47,709 nucleotides of DNA from an uncultured Erysipelotrichaceae bacterium. Lineage in GTDB: Bacteria > Bacillota_I > Bacilli_A > RFN20 > CAG-826. The stretch covers positions 1-47,709 of the forward strand of contig CAMYZF010000001.1 in assembly GCA_947303755.1 (NCBI GenBank), given 5' to 3'. Made by a program: the position numbers and the translations under genes. The stretch's first letter is position 1. Each line of letters opens with the position of its first letter. The notes under the pieces were generated by a model. That model saw only the letters and a list, made by a program, of their open reading frames with translations, did no database searches and was not told where the DNA came from. Shown in pieces: positions 8,097-17,139 of the stretch.

Positions 8097-8810
8097 ATGG
8101 AAAAAGAAAACAAGAAACAACTTACTCTTAAAATCCTCTTCAATGTTTTATTTTGGGGAGCACTTTGGGGCATTGTTGAAGCCACATTAGGCACAATCTT
8201 ACATTTACCAGCATTTGATGGTGCAGGTATTTATTTAGGTAGTTCAGTTATTATCATTCCTATCGCCTACATCTTAATGGCAAATTGCTATAAGAGAACA
8301 GGTTCATTCTATTCAGTTTATTTGATGGGTGTTTTAGCCGCTATCATGAAACTATCAGTTGGATTCTTTATTGGTTTTATAAACAAAGTTTATATGCCAG
8401 CAATTTACATCGTTGCTGAATCCTTAGCAATGGGTACAGCTTTACTCATCATCAAACCAAAAAATGTCTTATCATTCAAAACTCTTGGCGCGATTGTTGC
8501 TGCTAACACAGTTTATCAATTCTCATACTTAGTGCTTAGAATGATCGATGGCGCTCATAACGCTAACGTGTTTGCTAGTGTTGAAGCCTGGAAGAATGGT
8601 GCTGAACCATACTTATGGACTACCAACTGCATCGCTATCGTTTATACATTTGCTGTTGGCGCAGCCGCCTTTGGTTTATTCAAATTAGCGGAGAGATTTG
8701 ATCTTAAAACCAAATTCAATCTTGATAAGATTATTTATTCTCCAATCACCTCTTCAGTTGCAGTTACCTTAGCGTTTGCGCTTACAATTACGTTGAAATT
8801 ATTCGCATAA
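8097..8810 (+). CDS. Hypothetical polytopic membrane protein
   Basis: RBS GGAGG. 237 aa with about 6 TM helices. No family recognised. Confidence 0.6.
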   Translation: MEKENKKQLTLKILFNVLFWGALWGIVEATLGTILHLPAFDGAGIYLGSSVIIIPIAYILMANCYKRTGSFYSVYLMGVLAAIMKLSVGFFIGFINKVYMPAIYIVAESLAMGTALLIIKPKNVLSFKTLGAIVAANTVYQFSYLVLRMIDGAHNANVFASVEAWKNGAEPYLWTTNCIAIVYTFAVGAAAFGLFKLAERFDLKTKFNLDKIIYSPITSSVAVTLAFALTITLKLFA

Positions 8811-8830
8811 GCAATAATTATCTTAGATAA

Positions 8831-8860
8831 AGCGGTTCAATATTGAATCGCTTTTCTTTT
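8831..8860 (+). terminator. Intrinsic terminator
   Basis: AGCGGTTCAA-ta-TTGAATCGCT followed by TTTTCTTTTT. Confidence 0.7.
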
Positions 8861-8877
8861 TAAATTATTATTTAAAT

Positions 8878-10707
8878 ATGAGTAAACCAGGCAAAATTAT
8901 CTTTTGGATATCTTTTCCATTAACCGCAATTATTACATTGCTTCTTTTGATTTTTTATTTAGATTTAGCTAATGGGCCGTTAGCGATTTTTATTTTAACT
9001 ATAGTCGCATTCGTTTTGATGGCGTCTATTCGAATTATTCTTCGACACAAAAAGTTTGTTATTAGAATGATTCCAACTCTTTCTTTTGTTTTAACTGTTG
9101 CAATCTTGCTTCCATTTGCTAAACCAAGTCTTAAAACTAAGTCGGTAGCTTACTATGATAATCCTGTCAAAACCGAGGTCTTGACCTTAGAAAACGGACA
9201 AGTTCAAGGATTATACAACGAAGATAAAACAGTGGAGATTTACGGGGGAATTCCATATGCAGAGGCTCCTATTGGTGAGCTTAGATGGAAAGAACCTGTG
9301 AATAAAAAGAACTGGGATGGAGTGCTTGATTGCTCTAACTTCGGACCTCGCGCTATGCAAAACGATTCTTCGGCAGTTGTTAACTCTTTAGTAGATCTGT
9401 ATGCTGAAAAAAGTTGGCATCCTGATTTTAAAGAAGGCCATATTGAACCGATGTCAGAAGATTGTTTGAATTTGACGATGTGGAAACCAGCCGGAGATGT
9501 TTCTAATTTACCAATCCTTGTTTATATCCATGGTGGGTCTTTAACTAGTGGTGCAGCTTCATTTGAAGACTATAACGGTGAAGAAGTCGCTAAAAAAGGT
9601 GTCATCATGATCAATGTTCAATATCGTTTAGGTATTTTTGGTTATTTTGCTCATCATGATTTAGCGAAAGAATCTCCAAACGGAACGACTGGTAACTATG
9701 GTTTATTAGATCAAATCAAAGCACTTGAATGGGTTAACAATAACGCTTCCTATTTTGGAGGAGACAAAAACAACATCACAATCGCTGGTGAATCAGCCGG
9801 CTCTTCTAGCGTTTCAGCTATTTGTTCTTCTCCGTTAGCATCTGGAAAATTTAAACGTGCAATCGGCGAATCATCATCTGTAGTAGTGAAAAGGGCGCCA
9901 CACACATTTAGAAAATATGAAGACGCAGTCAAAATGGGTCAACAAATCATGGAAGAAATGAAATGTTCTTCCCTAGAAGAAATGCGCAAACTAGATGCTT
10001 CAAAATTGCTTAATAGCAAATACACAAATTCATCAATGACTGTAGATGGATACGCTTTAACGAAGACTCCTTACGAAGTGTATATGGCTCACGAAAATAA
10101 CGAAGATGAATTGTTGAATGGTTTTAATGTTTTGGAAGCTGATGCTTTTGTGGTGCCACAATATCTATTTAACCCAACCAATAAGAGCAATATTCATGAG
10201 CGATTAGTAGAAACATTTGGTGATGTTTTTGCTTCTCAAATTGAAGAAGTTTATAAAGACAAGATTGAAAAAGATGCATTCTCTGCATTCAATGAAATAT
10301 TCTCTGTTTATTGGTTTATGTATCCACATCATTCTTGGACCAATATGGCTCTTCAAAATGGAGTGAAAGTTTATCGATATCAATTCACCAAAGAGAATGG
10401 ATATTATGGCACTTATCATTCTGGCGAGATGATCTATTGTTATGGCAATGTCAAAAAATCTCCATATTATTACCGTTACAACGAAAGCGATTTAAAATTA
10501 TCCGAAATAATGTTAACTTATTGGACCAACTTTGCGAAAAATGGAAATCCAAATAGTGAGGGTCTACAAAATTGGCCACTTTTCAGTTATGAAAATCCAG
10601 ATATAATTGAGTTAGGAAATAATGTTGGTCCTATCAAGGATCCTTATGGTGATTTATATCCAATCATCGAAGCTTTTATTGATAGCCAAATTATTAATGA
10701 TAAATAA
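8878..10707 (+). CDS. Type-B carboxylesterase/lipase (PnbA-like) with an N-terminal three-helix membrane anchor
   Basis: GGIPYAEAPIGELRWKEP, nucleophile elbow GESAGSSS, YIHGGS. About 85 aa of N-terminal TM helices. Confidence 0.85.
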   Translation: MSKPGKIIFWISFPLTAIITLLLLIFYLDLANGPLAIFILTIVAFVLMASIRIILRHKKFVIRMIPTLSFVLTVAILLPFAKPSLKTKSVAYYDNPVKTEVLTLENGQVQGLYNEDKTVEIYGGIPYAEAPIGELRWKEPVNKKNWDGVLDCSNFGPRAMQNDSSAVVNSLVDLYAEKSWHPDFKEGHIEPMSEDCLNLTMWKPAGDVSNLPILVYIHGGSLTSGAASFEDYNGEEVAKKGVIMINVQYRLGIFGYFAHHDLAKESPNGTTGNYGLLDQIKALEWVNNNASYFGGDKNNITIAGESAGSSSVSAICSSPLASGKFKRAIGESSSVVVKRAPHTFRKYEDAVKMGQQIMEEMKCSSLEEMRKLDASKLLNSKYTNSSMTVDGYALTKTPYEVYMAHENNEDELLNGFNVLEADAFVVPQYLFNPTNKSNIHERLVETFGDVFASQIEEVYKDKIEKDAFSAFNEIFSVYWFMYPHHSWTNMALQNGVKVYRYQFTKENGYYGTYHSGEMIYCYGNVKKSPYYYRYNESDLKLSEIMLTYWTNFAKNGNPNSEGLQNWPLFSYENPDIIELGNNVGPIKDPYGDLYPIIEAFIDSQIINDK

Positions 10708-10724
10708 TCTCAAAGGAGAAACTT

Positions 10725-11498
10725 ATGAAAAAGTTTAGATTATTGTCGTTATTATTTATCCCAGCTGCTTTGCTTTCGTCTTGTGATGCCGGCTTTTCTA
10801 TTGGTGGAAACAAAGGAAAAGGCGCAAACATTAAAGGCGAAGTTCAAGTTGAAGAATGGAATGCTGTTTTTGATCCGGTTAACTTTGTTATGCACACCAA
10901 TTTTGTGCATGAAGTTACTCAAACTCTTCCTGATGGAAGAAAAAGGGCATTCGAATTATTCGAAACCAATTATGGCAAGCTTCACGTTAAGCAAGAATAC
11001 TATCTTATGGACGCCGCAGATACAAACGAAAGCGGTGAAGTTAAACACACCCAAGAAGGTTATTGGGAATTTAAGGAAGTCAAAGATCGCACCGCAAGTG
11101 GAACGCTTTATGCAAGAATGGACAATCAGGAACAATTTGTTAAAACAGATTTTGAAGATTTGGGCCTAGATTTCTATATGTTCGCACATTTTGGCCTTTT
11201 CCCCTTGGATTTTGAAAAATGTACTTATGATAGCGAGACAAAGACTTACACTTCCGAATCCATTAGGTTTGATTGGACAGAATATGATGCTCACTCTGGT
11301 TACACAGATATTAAAAACTGTAAAGTTAAATTTAAAAATTCAAAACCACTTTCATACGATTTCGATTTTGAATCAATTTATAGCAGTGGCACTTTGAGTC
11401 TAGCCGCTCACGATTATGGCGAATTTTCCAAATACGGAAAAGCTGATTTTAAAATTCCAGAAGGCGACGAAGTTACTGATAGTACATCAGCTTCCTAG
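10725..11498 (+). CDS. Lipoprotein, function unknown
   Basis: RBS AAGGAG. Signal peptide with lipobox (LLSSC). Confidence 0.7.
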   Translation: MKKFRLLSLLFIPAALLSSCDAGFSIGGNKGKGANIKGEVQVEEWNAVFDPVNFVMHTNFVHEVTQTLPDGRKRAFELFETNYGKLHVKQEYYLMDAADTNESGEVKHTQEGYWEFKEVKDRTASGTLYARMDNQEQFVKTDFEDLGLDFYMFAHFGLFPLDFEKCTYDSETKTYTSESIRFDWTEYDAHSGYTDIKNCKVKFKNSKPLSYDFDFESIYSSGTLSLAAHDYGEFSKYGKADFKIPEGDEVTDSTSAS

Positions 11499-11519
11499 TT
11501 TTAACTAAAACTTTAAAGA

Positions 11520-11546
11520 GAATATCTTTTGTGATATTCTTTTTTT
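11520..11546 (+). terminator. Intrinsic terminator
   Basis: GAATATC-N6-GATATTC followed by TTTTTTT. Confidence 0.65.
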
Positions 11547-12599
11547 ATGTTTTCAAAAGACGGAGTTATCCTTCTTCCTTCCTATCAACCGGAAGAAACA
11601 TTGATTAATCTTTCTAGAGGTTTATCGTTAGAGGGCTTTTTTGTTTTAATCGTCGATGATGGTAGTGGCCCTAAATACCAACACATCTTTGAAGCGTGTA
11701 AAAAGTATGCGACTGTTATTGGTTATGGAAAGAACCAAGGCAAAGGCAATGCGTTAAAATATGGTTTTAAATATTGCTTAGATAATCTTAACGATTATCA
11801 CTACGTCGTTACCGCCGATGGAGACGGACAACATCGTATCGATGATATCTCAAGAGTTTATGAGAGATGCAAGAAACAAAATGTTTCGGTTATCGGAGTG
11901 AGAAAGTTTGATGTTAAAGTACCAATTAAATCAAAGATTGGCAACCAACTTTCCAAATTCAATCAATCTTTAGTCACCAATCGATATATGCACGATAACC
12001 AATGTGGTCTAAGAGGATTTCCTTATACGATTCTTCCAGACATGATTAAAATTTTTGGTTCAAGATATGAATATGAAATGAATGTCTTAACCTTTTTACA
12101 AGTAAAAGAACTTCCATTTCAATGTTTAAGGATTCAAACCATCTATGAAAACAATAATAGTGGTTCACATTTTAGACCAATTGCTGATACGCTTCGTATT
12201 CAAGGATCAATTTTGCTATATGGCCTAGTTAACATCCTTTTGTTTATTGCATTAGCCTTTGCAAACTTCTTTGTTTATAAATATGTTGATTTTAAGCTTC
12301 CAATCAATCTCGAAGTATCAACTTCGCTTTGTTTTGGAGGCTATCTATTAGCAATGCTAATTATTAAATCAATAATTTATCGTCCTAAGTATCTTGCGAA
12401 ACTAGCGTTAAGAGTAGTGCTTTATGAACTTTTAAGATTCATCGCTATTTTGGTAAGTGTCACTCTATTCGTTAGAGTGCTCTCCTTAAATATATTCTTA
12501 ACCTATTTGATTTGTTATGTGCTAACATTATTACCGCGCTATTACCTGGTTAAGGGAATAGGCTTAGTCTATGAAGCTAATATAAATGACGAAAATTAG
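11547..12599 (+). CDS. Family 2 glycosyltransferase with a C-terminal membrane domain
   Basis: LLPSYQPEE, VDDGSG and ADGDGQH motifs. About 4 C-terminal TM helices. Confidence 0.8.
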   Translation: MFSKDGVILLPSYQPEETLINLSRGLSLEGFFVLIVDDGSGPKYQHIFEACKKYATVIGYGKNQGKGNALKYGFKYCLDNLNDYHYVVTADGDGQHRIDDISRVYERCKKQNVSVIGVRKFDVKVPIKSKIGNQLSKFNQSLVTNRYMHDNQCGLRGFPYTILPDMIKIFGSRYEYEMNVLTFLQVKELPFQCLRIQTIYENNNSGSHFRPIADTLRIQGSILLYGLVNILLFIALAFANFFVYKYVDFKLPINLEVSTSLCFGGYLLAMLIIKSIIYRPKYLAKLALRVVLYELLRFIAILVSVTLFVRVLSLNIFLTYLICYVLTLLPRYYLVKGIGLVYEANINDEN

Positions 12600-12610
12600 G
12601 AGGTATTTAT

Positions 12611-13543
12611 ATGAGTTATGAAGTCGTTCTTGAATCAGCTTGCGATTTAGATGCTGATCTTAGAAAGAAATATGGAGTGTATCCAGAAATCATCCGTGGC
12701 TTTGTTTACGTTCCAGGAAAAGAAGAATTCTTTGCTGATAATGAATACAAAAATTTCTCCAGAGAAGAATATTTCAAAATCGTTAAATCAAAAGCTGGTA
12801 AAGTTCATACTGCTTTTGCCCCATATAATGAATTCGTGAGAGTCATCGAACCAATCTTGAAAGAAGGCAAAGATGCGATTGTCTTTACAATCTCAACTGG
12901 TATAAGTGGAACTTATAATGGTTTCCTTAACTGGGCAAATCTTCTTTTAGATGATTATCCAGATAGAAAGATCGCTATTATCGATACATTAAAATATTCT
13001 GGTGGATGTGGTCTTTTAGCAATCTACGCTGCTCAAAATAGAGAAAAAGGCATGAGCTTTGAAGACAATGTCAATTGGTGCAATGAAAATAGATATTGTT
13101 TACACGAAGCTGGCCCAATGGATGATCTTTCCTTCTTAGCAAAGAACGGAAGACTTTCTGCTGGTAAAGCATTCTTTGGTGGACTTGCAGGCGTGCAACC
13201 ATTCGCAGATTTCACCCGCGATGGTAAAAACGCTCCACTTGGAACCATTAAAGGCGATGCCAAAACCAACGAAATTGCTTTGCAATATTTATTAAAGTTA
13301 GCTAAAGATCTTGATAATCAAGTTGTTATCATTGGTCATTCATCAAGAGAAAAACGTGCTTTACTTTTTAAAGAACAACTTTTGAAAGTTGCTAAACCAA
13401 AAGCTGTTGAAATCGTTCATGTTGGTCAATCTTGCGGTCCAAACATTGGTCCTGGATTATGCGCATACTTTTTCATGGGTGCACCTATCACAGATGGCCG
13501 CGAAGAAGAACTCAAGACCTTCTTAGAACTTAAGGCAAAATAA
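12611..13543 (+). CDS. DegV family fatty-acid-binding protein
   Basis: RBS GGAGG. N-terminal ESACDL, the C-terminal GPNIGPG motif and a 310-aa length are typical of DegV. Confidence 0.75.
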   Translation: MSYEVVLESACDLDADLRKKYGVYPEIIRGFVYVPGKEEFFADNEYKNFSREEYFKIVKSKAGKVHTAFAPYNEFVRVIEPILKEGKDAIVFTISTGISGTYNGFLNWANLLLDDYPDRKIAIIDTLKYSGGCGLLAIYAAQNREKGMSFEDNVNWCNENRYCLHEAGPMDDLSFLAKNGRLSAGKAFFGGLAGVQPFADFTRDGKNAPLGTIKGDAKTNEIALQYLLKLAKDLDNQVVIIGHSSREKRALLFKEQLLKVAKPKAVEIVHVGQSCGPNIGPGLCAYFFMGAPITDGREEELKTFLELKAK

Positions 13544-14508
13544 TGGAACCTTGGGCGATTGCGTTAATTGTGTTAGGAGGCTTAATCCTTCTATTCCTTA
13601 TAGGAGTAGTTTTACCAATGCTTTTTATCACACTTCCAATCGCCGAAAAACTTTACAAAGCTCAATGGACTAGGGGAGAACACGCTTTCGAAAGGGGCTG
13701 TTCTGACGCTAGTTTCGATTATCATCTTGATATGTTCAATCAAGGCATGAAGTGGAGAGAAGAAAATCTTCAGTACAAATCAGATGTTGAAGTTACTTCT
13801 TTAAACACCAAATTAGCAGGTGAGTATTTCGATTTCGGATTTAAAAAATCCGTTATCTTAATGCCAGGTAGAACAGAAACCTGTTATTACGCTTGCTATT
13901 ATGCAGAGACATTTAAGAAAGCTGGATTTAACATTTTAACAATCGATCCTAGAGCACACGGCTTATCCGAAGGCAAACTTTTAACCTTAGGTAAGCTTGA
14001 AGGTATTGATTTGATCGAATGGTCAAAATTACTCCATGATCGATTTGGAGTTGAATCGATTGTCTTATATGGTCTTTGTGGTGGTGGAACCGCTTCTTGC
14101 GTTGCTTTAACCAATAAGGATTGTCCTGAATATATAAAAGGATTCATCTCTGATGGAATGTTTTATAGTTTCTTCAATGTCTATCGTAGACACATCATCG
14201 ATGAAAAACATCCAGTCTACCCAGTTATATGGGAAGTTTTAGGAAGGATTAAACGCCGAAACGGCGTTGATCCATACAAGGTGACACCAAAGAATCTTAT
14301 TGACAAAGTCAAGGTTCCTACTTTATTTTTAACTGGGGAGCTCGATAAGTTTGCTGTCCCTAGTGAAGCCACCAAGTTATACAACCTTAGTGGTGCGAAA
14401 TTTAAAAACTTAGTCTTGATTAAGAATGCTCGCCATTCTCACTTAAGATACGATAATACTGTTGATTATGAAAACGCAGTGATCCCATTCTTAGAAGGGA
14501 TTGAATGA
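13543..14508 (+). CDS. Membrane-anchored alpha/beta hydrolase with a Cys nucleophile elbow (dienelactone-hydrolase-like)
   Basis: TAATG overlap with degV. N-terminal TM helix. GLCGGG elbow, GELDKF and ARHSH as candidate Asp/His. Confidence 0.65.
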   Translation: MEPWAIALIVLGGLILLFLIGVVLPMLFITLPIAEKLYKAQWTRGEHAFERGCSDASFDYHLDMFNQGMKWREENLQYKSDVEVTSLNTKLAGEYFDFGFKKSVILMPGRTETCYYACYYAETFKKAGFNILTIDPRAHGLSEGKLLTLGKLEGIDLIEWSKLLHDRFGVESIVLYGLCGGGTASCVALTNKDCPEYIKGFISDGMFYSFFNVYRRHIIDEKHPVYPVIWEVLGRIKRRNGVDPYKVTPKNLIDKVKVPTLFLTGELDKFAVPSEATKLYNLSGAKFKNLVLIKNARHSHLRYDNTVDYENAVIPFLEGIE

Positions 14509-14518
14509 AAGGAGACTT

Positions 14519-14962
14519 ATGAAAAAAGTTACACCTAAAAAACGTTCATTGTTCAAAAATAAAACACTTATCATCGGTTGTGGTCGACTCGGTTCTTCCA
14601 TGGCGAATAAGTGTTCACTTGAAGGCAAAAACATCGTCGTTGTTGATAAAAACCCTGATGCCTTTGACCGTTTAAGTGATGCTTTCGGTGGTCTTACGAT
14701 GGTTGGTGATGTCACTCACCTCGACTTCTTACAAGAAGCCCATATTTCCACGGCGAAAGAAATTATTATCACTACAGGTGATGATAACATTAATGTCTTT
14801 GTTGCGCATATTGCGAGAAAGATATTTGATGTCCCAGAAATTTATGTTCGTTTGGACAGCCCTGAAAACGAAGTTCTACTTAAAGGCTTAGCGATTAAGG
14901 CAATCTTCCCATTCGAACTTTCATATGACAAATTCAATGTGCTTAGAGGAGGACGCAAATAA
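14519..14962 (+). CDS. trkA: TrkA/KtrA-type RCK N-domain-only protein (NAD-binding)
   Basis: ATG at 14519 after AAAGGAG. Intact Rossmann motif IIGCGRLGSS...VVVDKN. No RCK_C domain. Confidence 0.75.
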   Translation: MKKVTPKKRSLFKNKTLIIGCGRLGSSMANKCSLEGKNIVVVDKNPDAFDRLSDAFGGLTMVGDVTHLDFLQEAHISTAKEIIITTGDDNINVFVAHIARKIFDVPEIYVRLDSPENEVLLKGLAIKAIFPFELSYDKFNVLRGGRK

Positions 14963-15624
14963 TGAAAATCGTTATTGCAGGCGGTTATCAAGCTGCTGAC
15001 TATATCATTAAAAAATTCAAAACAACTTCCAACAAGCTCATTGTTATCAATGAATCTAGAGAAGTTGCTCAATATTTGACTAAGTCAAATCAAATCCCAG
15101 TTTTCTATGGTGAACCTTACAAATACTTCGTCTTAGAAGAAGCAAATGTTGAAGACGCTGATATCTTTGTTGCTTTAAGCAAAATCGATACAGATAACTA
15201 TATTTCTTGCTTACTTGCCAAGAAAGTTTTTAACGTCAAGAAATGTATTTGTATCGTTAACAACCCGAAGAACGTTGATGTCTTCCGTGATCTTGGAATT
15301 GATTCAGTCGTTTCTTCCACTCAACTTTTAGCGACATCCGTTATGAACGAATCTTCTTTAGAAGATTTAATCAAAACCATGTCCTTGGAAGATGAAAAAA
15401 TTGTTTTAACTGAAGTGGTGATGAAAGCTACTTACGAAATCGTTAACAAACGTATTGCGGATATTAATTTCCCTAAGACCGGAAATATTTCCTGCATTTA
15501 CCGTAAGCCAAGCGTTATCATTCCAAATGGTTCCACGATTATTCTTCCAAAGGATAAGTTATTAGTGGTTACCACCCCAAATCATCAAAAAGAAGTTTTA
15601 GCTTTTATCCAAAAGAGTAAATAA
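14962..15624 (+). CDS. trkA: TrkA/KtrA-type RCK protein (N + C domains) with a degenerate dinucleotide-binding motif
   Basis: TAATG overlap. N-terminus IVIAGGYQAADY in place of GxGxxG. The C-terminal RCK_C-like segment is present. Confidence 0.75.
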   Translation: MKIVIAGGYQAADYIIKKFKTTSNKLIVINESREVAQYLTKSNQIPVFYGEPYKYFVLEEANVEDADIFVALSKIDTDNYISCLLAKKVFNVKKCICIVNNPKNVDVFRDLGIDSVVSSTQLLATSVMNESSLEDLIKTMSLEDEKIVLTEVVMKATYEIVNKRIADINFPKTGNISCIYRKPSVIIPNGSTIILPKDKLLVVTTPNHQKEVLAFIQKSK

Positions 15625-17135
15625 TGAAAAAACTTGCCAGCGGTTATCGCCTTATTTTCGGCTATTTAGGAATTTTCCTAGTTGTTACTGGAATAATCAT
15701 ATTACTTCCATTAGCACTTTTAGTTATTCCTGCTTACCGAGATGACAGTGTTTACGCACTGCAATTTTTAATCACTGGTGGTTCGACGATATTAGTTGGT
15801 GTTGCCTTATTTTTCATTTTGATTTTCAACCGCGAAAAAGCCAAACTCCAAAAGCATCAAGATTCGATTCTTTTAGTGCTTGTTTGGATGAGCGCAATTT
15901 TGATCTCTGCTGTCCCATTTTTTACCTCCGGACATATGGGTGTTTCAGAGTCAATTTTTGAGTCAACATCTGGTTATGCAACAGTCGGTTTAACTAGACT
16001 TCCAAGAGAGCTTTACGATTCACACATATTTACGTTTTACCGTGCAATTCTCCAGTTTTTTGGCGGTGTTGGTTTAGTTTTAGTTGTCACTAGCGCTATC
16101 TCAGATCGCTATGGTTTGAAGCTTTATGTTGCTGAAGGTCATAACGACAAACTAATCCCAAATTTAAGCAAATCTGCTCGTATTATTATCGGTATTTATA
16201 TTGGCTACATTTTACTAGGCACTATTGCCTTAAGAATAGCGGGTGTTGAATGGTTTGATGCGGTATGCCATTCTATCTCTTCGGTTGCGACTGGTGGATT
16301 CTCATCTAAACATGGCGGCATGCTTGAACTAAGTGGCAACATGATGGCGATTGAAATCATCACCATGGTGTTAATGTTTTTAGGTGGCACTAACTTTGCT
16401 CTTAACCTGTTATTAATTACTGGCAAACTCAAAAAGGTTGGCCGCGATATTGAAATTCGTACCTTTGGTATATTCGTTTTGATCTTACTACCTTTGTTTG
16501 TTTTATCATTTGCATTAAGCAATAATCCACTTACTGGTTCTAGTTATACAGTTGGTCAATCATTCCGTTATGGAATATTCGCCTTCATGACAGGCATGAC
16601 CACGACTGGTTACTCTAATTTACCCGCAGGAATTGCTTTAGCACCTTATGGAGTCATATTCCTAATTATTTGTACCAATGTCATTGGCTCTGGCAGTGGT
16701 TCAACAGCGGGCGGCGTTAAACTTTACCGTGTTGGTGTGGCAGCGAAATCCTATTTCTGGACACTTCGTAAGAAGATTTCAAGAAAACGATACATCTTTC
16801 CTAATTATATTTGGAGATTTGGTGAACGTCGTGAAGTTAGCATTGACGAAGCTAATGAATCCTTTGGTTATATAATTCTTTATATAATTGTTTTATTTGT
16901 AGGTTCGTTCCTCGTTTCACTTATCGGTGGATATGATCTTGCTTCGTCGTTATTTGAATTTTCCAATGCGTTATCATCAACTGGTTTATCAAATGGTTTA
17001 ACCGCAAGCGTTACTAATCCAGCTGTTTTATGGATTATGACCGTTGGCATGTTTGCAGGTCGTTTAGAAATATTGGTTATCTATTACGGATTCTATAGAA
17101 TCGCTAGAGATATTTTAAGAAAGGAAACAGTCTAA
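15624..17135 (+). CDS. trkH: TrkH/KtrB family potassium uptake membrane subunit (copy 1)
   Basis: Selectivity-filter-like motifs TSGYATVGLT, ATGGFSSK, TTTGYSN and STGLSNG. Confidence 0.9.
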   Translation: MKKLASGYRLIFGYLGIFLVVTGIIILLPLALLVIPAYRDDSVYALQFLITGGSTILVGVALFFILIFNREKAKLQKHQDSILLVLVWMSAILISAVPFFTSGHMGVSESIFESTSGYATVGLTRLPRELYDSHIFTFYRAILQFFGGVGLVLVVTSAISDRYGLKLYVAEGHNDKLIPNLSKSARIIIGIYIGYILLGTIALRIAGVEWFDAVCHSISSVATGGFSSKHGGMLELSGNMMAIEIITMVLMFLGGTNFALNLLLITGKLKKVGRDIEIRTFGIFVLILLPLFVLSFALSNNPLTGSSYTVGQSFRYGIFAFMTGMTTTGYSNLPAGIALAPYGVIFLIICTNVIGSGSGSTAGGVKLYRVGVAAKSYFWTLRKKISRKRYIFPNYIWRFGERREVSIDEANESFGYIILYIIVLFVGSFLVSLIGGYDLASSLFEFSNALSSTGLSNGLTASVTNPAVLWIMTVGMFAGRLEILVIYYGFYRIARDILRKETV

Positions 17136-17139
17136 CGAA

